Part shown: one piece after another, positions 27,712 through 42,195 of the stretch
How positions within the stretch are numbered: position 1 is the first letter of the stretch
How the letters are laid out: every line of letters begins with the position of its first letter
DNA from: Antedon mediterranea
Taxonomy: Eukaryota; Animalia; Echinodermata
Length of the DNA stretch: 64,000 nucleotides
Direction: 5' to 3'
Assembly (NCBI RefSeq): GCF_964355755.1
Contig: NC_092675.1
Coordinates: forward strand, 13,674,912 to 13,738,911
Program-made: the position numbers and the translations under genes
The notes under the pieces: model-generated
What the model was told of the DNA's origin: nothing
Databases searched by the model: none
The model's input: the letters and a program-made list of their open reading frames with translations, nothing else

Positions 27712-30700
27712 CATTTGGAGACGTCTTAGACCATTTTGTGATTTTCGAAAAAACTTGTTAACATAAAAACACCAAAGTGCTTAGAATAGCTTCAAATCGT
27801 ATTTGGAGACGTTTTAGACCATTTTGAGATTTTCGAAAAAACTTGGTTACACAAAAACATCAAAGTGCTTAAAATCACATTATAAACCGTTTTAGACCAT
27901 TTTGAGTATTTCGATAACACTTTTCACACAAAAACATCAAAGAGCACAAAATAGCTTAATATCGTATTTAAAAACGTTTTAGACCATTTTGAGCATTTCG
28001 ACAAAACTTTTTCACACAAAACACCAAAGTGCTTAGAATAGCTTCAAATCGCATTTGGAGACGTTTTAGACCAATTTGTGATTTTTGAAAAAACTTGTTA
28101 ACATAAAAACACCAAAGTGTTTAGAATAGCTTCAAATCGCATTTGGAGACGTTTTAGACCAATTTGTGATTTTCGAAAAAACTTATCAACATAAAAACAC
28201 CAAAGGGTTTAGAATAGCTTCAAATCGCATTTGGAGACGTTTTAGACCATTTTGTGATTTTGAAAAAACTTGTTAACATAAAAACACGAAAGTGCTTAGA
28301 ATAGCTTCAAATCGCATTTGGAGACGTTTTAGACCATTTTGTGATTTTCGAAAAAACTTGTTAACATAAAAACACGAAAGTGCTTAGAATAGCTTCAAAT
28401 CACATTTGGAGACGTTTTAGACCATTTTGTGATTTTTGAAAAAACTTGTTAACATAAAAACACGAAAGTGCTTAGAATAGCTTCAAATCGCATTTGGAAA
28501 CGTTTTAGACCAATTTGTGCATTTCGATGAAACTTGATTACACAAAAACATCAAAGTGCTTAAAATCACATTATAAACCGTTTTAGACCATTTTGAGCAT
28601 TTCGATAACACTTTTCACACAAAAACATTAAAGAGCACAAAATAGCTTAATATCGTATTTAAAAACGTTTTAGACCATTTTGAGCATTTAGACAAAACTT
28701 TTTCACACAAAACACCAAAGTGCTTAGAATAGCTTCAAATCGCATTTGGAGACGTTTTAGACCATTTTGTGCATTTCGATGAAACTTGGTTACACAAAAA
28801 CATCAAAGTGCTTAAAATCACATTATAAATCGTTTTAGACCATTTTGAGCATTTCGACAAAACTTTTTCACACAAAATACCAAAGTGCTTAGAATAGCTT
28901 CAAATCGCATTTCGAGACGTTTTAGACCATTTTGTGATTTTCGAAAAAACTTTTTAACATAAAAACACCAAAGTGCTTAGAATAGCTTCAAATCACATTT
29001 GGAGACATTTTAGACCATTTTGTGATTTTCAAAAAAACTTGTTAACATAAAAACACGAAAGTTCTTAGAATAGCTTCAAATCGCATTTGGAAACGTTTTA
29101 GACCATTTTGTGATTTTCGAAAAAAATTGTTAACATAAAAACACCAAAGTGCTTAGAATCACATTATAAACCGTTTTAGACCATTTTGAGCATTTCGATA
29201 ACAATTTTCACACAAAAACATCAAAGAGCAAAAAATAGCTTAATATCGTATTTAAAAATGTTTTAGACCATTTTGAGCATTTAGATAAAACTTTTTCACA
29301 CAAAACACCAAAGTGCTTAGAATAGCTTCAAATCGCATTTGGAGACGTTTTAGACCATTTTGTGATTTTTGAAAAAACTTGTTAACATAAAAACACCAAA
29401 GTGCTTAGAATAGCTTCAAATCACATTTTGATACGTTTTAGCCCATTTTGTGATTTTCGAAAAAACTTGTTAACATAAAAACACGAAAGTGCTTAGAATA
29501 GCTTCAAATCACATTTGGAGACGTTTTAGACCATTTTGTGATTTTTGAAAAAACTTGTTAACATAAAAACACGAAAGTGCTTAGAATAGCTTCAAATCGC
29601 ATTTGGAAACGTTTTAGACCATTTTGTGATTTTCGAAAAAGATTGTTAACATAAAAACACCAAAGTGCTTAGAATCACATTATAAACCGTTTTAGACCAT
29701 TTTGAGCATTTCGATAACAATTTTCACACAAAAACATCAAAGAGCACAAAATAGCTTAATATCGTATTTAAAAATGTTTTAGACCATTTTGAGCATTTAG
29801 ATCAAACTTTTTCACACAAAACACCAAAGTGCTTAGAATAGCTTCAAATCGCATTTGGAGACGGTTTAGACCATTTTGTGATTTTGAAAAAACTTGTTAA
29901 CATAAAAACACCAAAGTGCTTAGAATAGCTTCAAATCGCATTTGGAGACGTTTTAGACCATTTTGTGATTTTCGAAAAAACTTGTTAACATAAAAACACG
30001 AAAGTGCTTAGAATAGCTTCAAATCGTATTTGGAGACGTTTTAGACCATTTTGAGATTTTCGAAAAAACTTGGTTACACAAAAACATCAAAGTGCTTAAA
30101 ATCACATTATAAACCGTTTTAGACCATTTTGAGCATTTCGATAACACTTTTCACACAAAAACATTAAAGAGCACAAAATAGCTTAATATCGTATTTAAAA
30201 ACGTTTTAGACCATTTTGAGCATTTCGACAAAACTTTTTCACACAAAACACCAAAGTGCTTCAAATCGCATTTGGAGACGTTTTAGACCAATTTGTGCAT
30301 TTCGATGAAACTTGATTACACAAAAACATCAAAGTGCTTAAAATCACATTATAAACCGTTTTAGACCATTTTGAGCATTTCGATAACACTTTTCACACAA
30401 AAACATCAAAGAGCACAAAATAGCTTAATATCGTATTTAAAAACGTTTTAGACCATTTTGAGCATTTAGACAAAACTTTTTCACACAAAACACCAAAGTG
30501 CTTAGAATAGCTTCAAATCGCATTTGGAGACGTTTTAGACCATTTTGTGCATTTCGATGAAACTTGGTTACACAAAAAAATCAAAGTGCTTAAAATCACA
30601 TTATAAATCGTTTTAGACCATTTTGAGCATTTCGACAAAACTTTTTCACACAAAATACAAAAGTGCTTAGAATAGCTTCAAATCGCATTTGGAGACGTTT

Positions 30701-33700
30701 TAGACCATTTTGTGATTTTCGAAAAAACTTTTTAACATAAAAACACCAAAGTGCTTAGAATAGCTTCAAATCACATTTGGAGACGTTTTAGACCATTTTG
30801 TGATTTTCGAAAAAACTTGTTAACATAAAAACACGAAAGTGCTTAGAATAGCTTCAAATCGCATTTAGAAACGTTTTAGACCATTTTGTGATTTTCGAAA
30901 AAAATTGTTAACATAAAAACACCAAAGTGCTTAGAATCACATTATAAACCGTTTTAGACCATTTTGAGCATTTCGATAACAATTTTCACACAAAAACATC
31001 AAAGAGCACAAAATAGCTTAATATCGTATTTAAAAATGTTTTAGACCATTTTGAGCATTTAGATAAAACTTTTTCACACAAAACACCAAAGTGCTTAGAA
31101 TAGCTTCAAATCGCATTTGGAGACGTTTTAGACCATTTTGTGATTTTTGAAAAAACTTGTTAACATAAAAACACCAAAGTACTTAGAATAGCTTCAAATC
31201 ACATTTGGAGACGTTTTAGACCATTTTGTGATTTTCGAAAAAACTTGTTAACATAAAAACACGAAAGTGCTTAGAATAGCTTCAAATCGCATTTGGAAAC
31301 GTTTTAGACCATTTTGTGATTTTCGAAAAAACTTGTTAACATAAAAACACGAAAGTGCTTAGAATAGCTTCAAATCGCATTTGGAAACGTTTTAGACCAT
31401 TTTGTGATTTTCGAAAAAACTTGTTAACATAAAAACACGAAAGTGCTTAGAATAGCTTCAAATCGCATTTGGAAACGTTTTAGACCATTTTGTGATTTTC
31501 GAAAAAAATTGTTAACATAAAAACACCAAAGTGTTTAGAATAGCTTCAAATCGCATTTGGAGACGTTTTAGACCAATTTGTGATTTTCGAAAAAACTTAT
31601 CAACATAAAAACACCAAAGGGTTTAGAATAGCTTCAAATCGCATTTGGAGACGTTTTAGACCATTTTGTGATTTTGAAAAAACTTGTTAACATAAAAACA
31701 CCAAAGTGCTTAGAATAGCTTCAAATCGCATTTGGAGACGTTTTAGACCATTTTGTGATTTTCGAAAAAACTTGTTAACATAAAAACACCAAAGTGCTTA
31801 GAATAGCTTCAAATCGTATTTGGAGACGTTTTAGACCATTTTGAGATTTTCGAAAAAACTTGGTTACACAAAAACATCAAAGTGCTTAAAATCACATTAT
31901 AAACCGTTTTAGACCATTTTGAGCATTTCGATAACACTTTTCACACAAAAACATCAAAGAGCACAAAATAGCTTAATATCGTATTTAAAAACGTTTTAGA
32001 CCATTTTGAGCATTTCGACAAAACTTTTTCACACAAAACACCAAAGTGCTTAGAATAGCTTCAAATCGCATTTGGAGACGTTTTAGACCAATTTGTGCAT
32101 TTCGATGAAACTTGATTACACAAAAACATCAAAGTGCTTAAAATCACATTATAAACCGTTTTAGACCATTTTGAGCATTTCGATAACACTTTTCACACAA
32201 AAACATCAAAGAGCACAAAATAGCTTAATATCGTATTTAAAAACGTTTTAGACCATTTTGAGCATTTAGACAAAACTTTTTCACACAAAACACCAAAGTG
32301 CTTAGAATAGCTTCAAATCGCATTTGGAGACGTTTTAGACCATTTTGTGCATTTCGATGAAACTTGGTTACACAAAAACATCAAAGTGCTTAAAATCACA
32401 TTATAAATCGTTTTAGACCAGTTTGAGCATTTCGACAAAACTTTTTCACACAAAATACCAAAGTGCTTAGAATAGCTTCAAATCGCATTTCGAGACGTTT
32501 TAGACCATTTTGTGATTTTCGAAAAAACTTTTTAACATAAAAACACCAAAGTGCTTAGATTAGCTTCAAATCACATTTGGAGACGTTTTAGACCATAAGT
32601 GCTTAGAATCACATTATAAACCGTTTTAGACCATTTTGAGCATTTCGATAACAATTTTCACACAAAAACATCAAAGAGCACAAAATAGCTTAATATCGTA
32701 TTTAAAAATGTTTTAGACCATTTTGAGCATTTAGATAAAACTTTTTCACACAAAACACCAAAGTGCTTAGAATAGCTTCAAATCGCATTTGGAGACGTTT
32801 TAGACCATTTTGTGATTTTTGAAAAAACTTGTTAACATAAAAACGCCAAAGTGCTTAGAATAGCTTCAAATCACATTTGGAGACGTTTTAGACCATTTTG
32901 TGATTTTCGAAAAAACTTGTTAACATAAAAACACCAAAGTGTTTAGAATAGCTTCAAATCGCATTTGGAGACGTTTTAGACCAATTTGTGATTTTCGAAA
33001 AAACTTATCAACATAAAAACACCAAAGGGTTTAGAATAGCTTCAAATCGCATTTGGAGACGTTTTAGACCATTTTGTGATTTTCGAAAAAACTTGTTAAC
33101 ATAAAAACACGAAAGTGCTTAGAATAGCTTCAAATCGCATTTGGAAACGTTTTAGACCATTTTGTGATTTTCGAAAAAACTTGTTAACATAAAAACATGA
33201 AAGTGCTTAGAATAGCTTCAAATCGTATTTGGAGACGTTTTAGACCATTTTGTGATTTTCGAAAAAACTTTTTAACATAAAAACACCAAAGTGCTTAGAA
33301 TAGCTTCAAATCGCATTTGGAGACGTTTTAGACCATTTTGTGCATTTCGATGAAACTTGGTTACACAAAAACATCAAAGTGCTTAAAATCACATTATAAA
33401 CCATTTAGACCATTTTGAGCATTTCGATAACACTTTTCACACAAAAACATCAAAGAGCACAAAATAGCTTAATATCGTATTTAAAAACGTTTTAGACCAT
33501 TTTGAGCATTTAGACAAAACTTTTTCACACAAAACTCCAAAGTGCTTAGAATAGCTTCAAATCGCATTTGGAGACGTTTTAGAACATTTTGTGTTTTTCG
33601 AAAAAACCTGTTAACATAAAAACACCAAAGTGCTTAGAATAGCTTCAAATCGCATTTGGAGACTATTTAGACCATTTTGTGATTTTTGAAAAAACTTGTT

Positions 33701-34344
33701 AACATAAAAACACGAAAGTGCTTAGAATAGCTTCAAATCGCATTTGGAAACGTTTTAGACCATTTTGTGATTTTCGAAAAAGATTGTTAACATAAAAACA
33801 CCAATGTGCTTAGAATCACATTATACACCGTTTTAGACCATTTTGAGCATTTCGATAACAATTTTCACACAAAAACATCAAAGGGCACAAAATAGCTTAA
33901 TATCGTATTTAAAAATGTTTTAGACCATTTTGAGCATTTAGATAAAACTTTTTCACACAAAACACCAAAGTACTTAGAATAGCTTCAAATCGCATTTGGA
34001 GATGGTTTAGAACATTTTGTGATTTTGAAAAAACTTTTTAACATAAAAACACCAAAGTGCTTAGAATAGCTTCAAATCGCATTTGGAGACGTTTTAGACC
34101 ATTTTGTGATTTTCGAAAAAACTTGTTAACATAAAAACACCAAAGTGCTTAGAATAGCTTCAAATCGTATTTGGAGACGTTTTAGACCATTTTGAGATTT
34201 TCGAAAAAACTTGGTTACACAAAAACATCAAAGTGCTTAAAATCACATTATAAACCGTTTTAGACCATTTTGAGCATTTCGATAACACTTTTCACACAAA
34301 AACATCAAAGAGCACAAAATAGCTTAATATCGTATTTAAAAACG

Positions 34345-37300
34345 TTTTAGACCATTTTGAGCATTTCGACAAAACTTTTTCACACAAAACACCAAAGTGC
34401 TTAGAATAGCTTCAAATCGCATTTGGAGACGTTTTAGACCAATTTGTGCATTTCGATGAAACTTGATTACACAAAAACATCAAAGTGCTTAAAATCACAT
34501 TATAAACCGTTTTAGACCATTTTGAGCATTTCGATAACACTTTTCACACAAAAACATCAAAGAGCACAAAATAGCTTAATATCGTATTTAAAAACGTTTT
34601 AGACCATGATTTTCGAAAAAACTTGTTAACATAAAAACACCAAAGTGCTTAGAATAGCTTCAAATCACATTTGGAGACGTTTTAGACCAATTTGTGATTT
34701 TCGAAAAAACTTATCAACATAAAAACACCAAAGGGCTTAGAATAGCTTCAAATCGCATTTGGAGACTATTTAGACCATTTTGTGATTTTTGAAAAAACTT
34801 GTTAACATAAAAACACGAAAGTGCTTAGAATAGCTTCAAATCGCATTTGGAAACGTTTTATTCCATTTTGTGATTTTCGAAAAAGATTGTTAACATAAAA
34901 ACACCAATGTGCTTAGAATCACATTATAAACCGTTTTAGACAATTTTGAGCATTTCGATAACAATTTTCACACAAAAACATCAAAGAGCACAAAATAGCT
35001 TAATATCGTATTTAAAAATGTTTTAGACCATTTTGAGCATTTAGATAAAACTTTTTCACACAAAACACCAAAGTGCTTAGAATAGCTTCAAATCGCATTT
35101 GGAGACGGTTTAGAACATTTTGTGATTTTGAAAAAACTTGTTAACATAAAAACACCAAAGTGCTTAGAATAGCTTCAAATCGCATTTGGAGACGTTTTAG
35201 ACCATTTTGTGATTTTCGAAAAAACTTGTTAACATAAAAACACCAAAGTGCTTAGAATAGCTTCAAATCGTATTTGGAGACGTTTTAGACCATTTTGAGA
35301 TTTTCGAAAAAACTTGGTTACACAAAAACATCAAAGTGCTTAAAATCACATTATAAACCGTTTTAGACCATTTTGAGCATTTCGATAACACTTTTCACAC
35401 AAAAACATCAAAGAGCACAAAATAGCTTAATATCGTATTTAAAAACGTTTTAGACCATTTTGAGCATTTCGACAAAACTTTTTCACACAAAACACCAAAG
35501 TGCTTAGAATAGCTTCAAATCGCATTTGGAGACGTTTTAGACCAATTTGTGCATTTCGATGAAACTTGATTACACAAAAACATCAAAGTGCTTAAAATCA
35601 CATTATAAACCGTTTTAGACCATTTTGAGCATTTCGATAACACTTTTCACACAAAAACATCAAAGAGCACAAAATAGCTTAATATCGTATTTAAAAACGT
35701 TTTAGACCATTTTGAGCATTTAGACAAAACTTTTTCACACAAAACACCAAAGTGCTTAGAATAGCTTCAAATCGCATTTGGAGACGTTTTAGACCATTTT
35801 GTGCATTTCGATGAAACTTAGTTACACAAAAACATCAAAGTGCTTAAAATCACATTATAAATCGTTTTAGACCATTTTGAGCATTTCGACAAAACTTTTT
35901 CACACAAAATACCAAAGTGCTTAGAATAGCTTCAAATCGCATTTGGAGACGTTTTAGACCATTTTGTGATTTTCGAAAAAAACTTTTTAACATAAAAACA
36001 CCAAAGTGCTTAGAATAGCTTCAAATCACATTTGGAGACGTTTTAGACCATTTTGTGATTTTCGAAAAAACTTGTTAACATAAAAACACGAAAGTGCTTA
36101 GAATAGCTTCAAATCGCATTTGGAAACGTTTTAGACCATTTTGTGATTTTCGAAAAAAATTGTTAACATAAAAACACCAAAGTGCTTAGAATCACATTAT
36201 AAACCGTTTTAGACCATTTTGAGCATTTCGATAACAATTTTCACACAAAAACATCAAAGAGCACAAAATAGCTTAATATCGTATTTAAAAATGTTTTAGA
36301 CCATTTTGAGCATTTAGATAAAACTTTTTTACACAAAACACCAAAGTGCTTAGAATAGCTTCAAATCGCATTTGGAGACGTTTTAGACCATTTTGTGATT
36401 TTTGAAAAAACTTGTTAACATAAAAACACCAAAGTGCTTAGAATAGCTTCAAATCACATTTGGAGACGTTTTAGACCATTTTGTGATTTTCGAAAAAACT
36501 TGTTAACATAAAACACCAAAGTGCTTAGAATAGCTTCAAATCGCATTTGGAGACGTTTTAGACCATTTTGTGATTTTCGAAAAAACTTGTTAACATAAAA
36601 ACACGAAAGTGCTTAGAATCACATTATAAACCGTTTTAGACCATTTTGAGCATTTCGATAACAATTTTCACACAAAAACATCAAAGAGCACAAAATAGCT
36701 TAATATCGTATTTAAAAATGTTTTAGACCATTTTGAGCATTTAGAAAAAACTTTTTCACACAAAACACCAAAGTGCTTAGAATAGCTTCAAATCGTATTT
36801 GGAGACGTTTTAGACCATTTTGAGATTTTCGAAAAAACTTGGTTACACAAAAATATCAAAGTGCTTAAAATCACATTATAAACCGTTTTAGACCATTTTG
36901 AGCATTTCGATAACACTTTTCACACAAAAACATCAAAGAGCACAAAATAGCTTAATATCGTATTTAAAAACGTTTTAGACCATTTTGAGCATTTCGACAA
37001 AACTTTTTCACACAAAACACCAAAGTGCTTAGAATAGCTTCAAATCGCATTTGGAGACGTTTTAGACCAATTTGTGCATTTCGATGAAACTTGGTTACAC
37101 AAAAACATCAAAGTGCTTAAAATCACATTATAAATCGTTTTAGACCATTTTGAGCATTTCGATAACACTTTTCACACAAAAACATCAAAGAGCACAAAAT
37201 AGCTTAATATCTTATTTAAAAACGTTTTAGACCATTTTGAGCATTTAGACAAAACTTTTTCACACAAAACACCAAAGTGCTTAGAATAGCTTCAAATCGC

Positions 37301-40300
37301 ATTTGGAGACGTTTTAGACCATTTTGTGATTTTCAAAAAAACTTGTTAACATAAAAACACCAAAGTGCTTAGAATAGCTTCAAATCGTATTTGGAGACGT
37401 TTTAGACCATTTTGTGATTTTCGAAAAAACTTGTTAACATAAAAACACCAAAGGGTTTAGAATAGCTTCAAATCGCATTTTGAGACGTTTTAGACCATTT
37501 TGTGATTTTCGAAAAAACTTGTTAACATAAAAACACGAAAGTGCTTAGAATAGCTTCAAATCGCATTTGGAAACGTTTTAGACCATTTTGTGATTTTCGA
37601 AAAAACTTGTTAACATAAAAACACGAAAGTGCTTAGAATAGCTTCAAATCGCATTTGGAAACGTTTTAGACCATTTTGTGATTTTCGAAAAAAATTGTTA
37701 ACATAAAAACACCAAAGTGCTTAGAATCACATTATAAACCGTTTTAGACCATTTTGAGCATTTCGATAACAATTTTTACACAAAAACATCAAAGAGCACA
37801 AAATAGCTTAATATCGTATTTAAAAATGTTTTAGACCATTTTGAGCATTTGGATAAAACTTTTTCACACAAAACACCAAAGTGCTTAGAATAGCTTCAAA
37901 TCGCATTTGGAGACGTTTTAGACCATTTTGTGATTTTTGAAAAAAACTGTTAACATAAAAACACCAAAGTGCTTAGAATAGCTTCAAATCACATTTGGAG
38001 ACGTTTTAGACCATTTTGTGATATTCGAAAAAACTTGTTAACATAAAAACACGAAAGTGCTTAGAATAGCTTCAAATCGCATTTGGAAACGTTTTAGACC
38101 ATTTTGTGATTTTCGAAAAAACTTGTTAACATAAAAACACCAAAGTGCTTAGAATAGCTTCAAATCGCATTTGGAAACGTTTTAGACCATTTTGTTATTT
38201 TCGAAAAAAATTGTTAACATAAAAACACCAAAGTGCTTAGAATCACATTATAAACTGTTTTAGACCATTTTGAGCATTTCGACAAAACTTTTTCACACAA
38301 AACACCAAAGTGCTTAGAATAGCTTCAAATCGCATTTGGAGACGTTTTAGACCAATTTGTGCATTTCGATGAAACTTGATTACACAAAAACATCAAAGTG
38401 CTTAAAATCACATTATAAACCGTTTTAGACCATTTTGAGCATTTCGATAACACTTTTCACACAAAAACATCAAAGAGCACAAAATAGCTTAATATCGTAT
38501 TTAAAAACGTTTTAGACCATGATTTTCGAAAAAACTTGTTAACATAAAAACACCAAAGTGCTTAGAATAGCTTCAAATCACATTTGGAGACGTTTTAGAC
38601 CAATTTGTGATTTTCGAAAAAACTTATCAACATAAAAACACCAAAGGGCTTAGAATAGCTTCAAATCGCATTTGGAGACTATTTAGACCATTTTGTGATT
38701 TTTGAAAAAACTTGTTAACATAAAAACACGAAAGTGCTTAGAATAGCTTCAAATCGCATTTGGAAACGTTTTATTCCATTTTGTGATTTTCGAAAAAGAT
38801 TGTTAACATAAAAACACCAATGTGCTTAGAATCACATTATAAACCGTTTTAGACAATTTTGAGCATTTCGATAACAATTTTCACACAAAAACATCAAAGA
38901 GCACAAAATAGCTTAATATCGTATTTAAAAATGTTTTAGACCATTTTGAGCATTTAGATAAAACTTTTTCACACAAAACACCAAAGTGCTTAGAATAGCT
39001 TCAAATCGCATTTGGAGACGGTTTAGAACATTTTGTGATTTTGAAAAAACTTGTTAACATAAAAACACCAAAGTGCTTAGAATAGCTTCAAATCGCATTT
39101 GGAGACGTTTTAGACCATTTTGTGATTTTCGAAAAAACTTGTTAACATAAAAACACCAAAGTGCTTAGAATAGCTTCAAATCGTATTTGGAGACGTTTTA
39201 GACCATTTTGAGATTTTCGAAAAAACTTGGTTACACAAAAACATCAAAGTGCTTAAAATCACATTATAAACCGTTTTAGACCATTTTGAGCATTTCGATA
39301 ACACTTTTCACACAAAAACATCAAAGAGCACAAAATAGCTTAATATCGTATTTAAAAACGTTTTAGACCATTTTGAGCATTTCGACAAAACTTTTTCACA
39401 CAAAACACCAAAGTGCTTAGAATAGCTTCAAATCGCATTTGGAGACGTTTTAGACCAATTTGTGCATTTCGATGAAACTTGATTACACAAAAACATCAAA
39501 GTGCTTAAAATCACATTATAAACCGTTTTAGACCATTTTGAGCATTTCGATAACACTTTTCACACAAAAACATCAAAGAGCACAAAATAGCTTAATATCG
39601 TATTTAAAAACGTTTTAGACCATTTTGAGCATTTAGACAAAACTTTTTCACACAAAACACCAAAGTGCTTAGAATAGCTTCAAATCGCATTTGGAGACGT
39701 TTTAGACCATTTTGTGCATTTCGATGAAACTTAGTTACACAAAAACATCAAAGTGCTTAAAATCACATTATAAATCGTTTTAGACCATTTTGAGCATTTC
39801 GACAAAACTTTTTCACACAAAATACCAAAGTGCTTAGAATAGCTTCAAATCGCATTTGGAGACGTTTTAGACCATTTTGTGATTTTCGAAAAAAACTTTT
39901 TAACATAAAAACACCAAAGTGCTTAGAATAGCTTCAAATCACATTTGGAGACGTTTTAGACCATTTTGTGATTTTCGAAAAAACTTGTTAACATAAAAAC
40001 ACGAAAGTGCTTAGAATAGCTTCAAATCGCATTTGGAAACGTTTTAGACCATTTTGTGATTTTCGAAAAAAATTGTTAACATAAAAACACCAAAGTGCTT
40101 AGAATCACATTATAAACCGTTTTAGACCATTTTGAGCATTTCGATAACAATTTTCACACAAAAACATCAAAGAGCACAAAATAGCTTAATATCGTATTTA
40201 AAAATGTTTTAGACCATTTTGAGCATTTAGATAAAACTTTTTTACACAAAACACCAAAGTGCTTAGAATAGCTTCAAATCGCATTTGGAGACGTTTTAGA

Positions 40301-42195
40301 CCATTTTGTGATTTTTGAAAAAACTTGTTAACATAAAAACACCAAAGTGCTTAGAATAGCTTCAAATCACATTTGGAGACGTTTTAGACCATTTTGTGAT
40401 TTTCGAAAAAACTTGTTAACATAAAACACCAAAGTGCTTAGAATAGCTTCAAATCGCATTTGGAGACGTTTTAGACCATTTTGTGATTTTCGAAAAAACT
40501 TGTTAACATAAAAACACGAAAGTGCTTAGAATCACATTATAAACCGTTTTAGACCATTTTGAGCATTTCGATAACAATTTTCACACAAAAACATCAAAGA
40601 GCACAAAATAGCTTAATATCGTATTTAAAAATGTTTTAGACCATTTTGAGCATTTAGAAAAAACTTTTTCACACAAAACACCAAAGTGCTTAGAATAGCT
40701 TCAAATCGTATTTGGAGACGTTTTAGACCATTTTGAGATTTTCGAAAAAACTTGGTTACACAAAAATATCAAAGTGCTTAAAATCACATTATAAACCGTT
40801 TTAGACCATTTTGAGCATTTCGATAACACTTTTCACACAAAAACATCAAAGAGCACAAAATAGCTTAATATCGTATTTAAAAACGTTTTAGACCATTTTG
40901 AGCATTTCAACAAAACTTTTTCACACAAAACACCAAAGTGCTTAGAATAGCTTCAAATCGCATTTGGAGACGTTTTAGACCAATTTGTGCATTTCGATGA
41001 AACTTGGTTACACAAAAACATCAAAGTGCTTAAAATCACATTATAAATCGTTTTAGACCATTTTGAGCATTTCGATAACACTTTTCACACAAAAACATCA
41101 AAGAGCACAAAATAGCTTAATATCTTATTTAAAAACGTTTTAGACCATTTTGAGCATTTAGACAAAACTTTTTCACACAAAACACCAAAGTGCTTAGAAT
41201 AGCTTCAAATCGCATTTGGAGACGTTTTAGACCATTTTGTGATTTTCAAAAAAACTTGTTAACATAAAAACACCAAAGTGCTTAGAATAGCTTCAAATCG
41301 TATTTGGAGACGTTTTAGACCATTTTGTGATTTTCGAAAAAACTTGTTAACATAAAAACACCAAAGGGTTTAGAATAGCTTCAAATCGCATTTTGAGACG
41401 TTTTAGACCATTTTGTGATTTTCGAAAAAACTTGTTAACATAAAAACACGAAAGTGCCTAGAATAGCTTCAAATCGCATTTGGAAACGTTTTAGACCATT
41501 TTGTGATTTTCGAAAAAACTTGTTAACATAAAAACACGAAAGTGCTTAGAATAGCTTCAAATCGCATTTGGAAACGTTTTAGACCATTTTGTGATTTTCG
41601 AAAAAAATTGTTAACATAAAAACACCAAAGTGCTTAGAATCACATTATAAACCGTTTTAGACCATTTTGAGCATTTCGATAACAATTTTTACACAAAAAC
41701 ATCAAAGAGCACAAAATAGCTTAATATCGTATTTAAAAATGTTTTAGACCATTTTGAGCATTTGGATAAAACTTTTTCACACAAAACACCAAAGTGCTTA
41801 GAATAGCTTCAAATCGCATTTGGAGACGTTTTAGACCATTTTGTGATTTTTGAAAAAAACTGTTAACATAAAAACACCAAAGTGCTTAGAATAGCTTCAA
41901 ATCACATTTGGAGACGTTTTAGACCATTTTGTGATATTCGAAAAAACTTGTTAACATAAAAACACGAAAGTGCTTAGAATAGCTTCAAATCGCATTTGGA
42001 AACGTTTTAGACCATTTTGTGATTTTCGAAAAAACTTGTTAACATAAAAACACCAAAGTGCTTAGAATAGCTTCAAATCGCATTTGGAAACGTTTTAGAC
42101 CATTTTGTTATTTTCGAAAAAAATTGTTAACATAAAAACACCAAAGTGCTTAGAATCACATTATAAACTGTTTTAGACCATTTTGAGCATTTCGA
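34345..42195 (+). repeat. Tandem duplication, 2 x 3913 bp
   Basis: CATGATT junction 34605/38518 and AAACTTTTTTACAC 36321/40234. GAAACTTAGTTAC, TTATTCCA and ATAAACTG variants occur in both copies. The junction lies at about 38257-38282. Confidence 0.88.

Larger units (their letters stand above)
11580..35137 (+). repeat. Large tandem duplication, 2 x ~11.8 kb (copy 1 ~11580-23402; copy 2 ~23403-35137)
   Basis: Offset 11822 for TCTAGA 12395/24217, the GAACAGC variant C 12721/24543, the AGATCAAAC variant C 17981/29803, and ORFs 14608/26430 and 15500/27322. After a one-monomer indel the offset is 11734-11735: GACCAG 20681/32416, GACTA 21926/33661, CATGATT 22870/34605. Confidence 0.9.
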
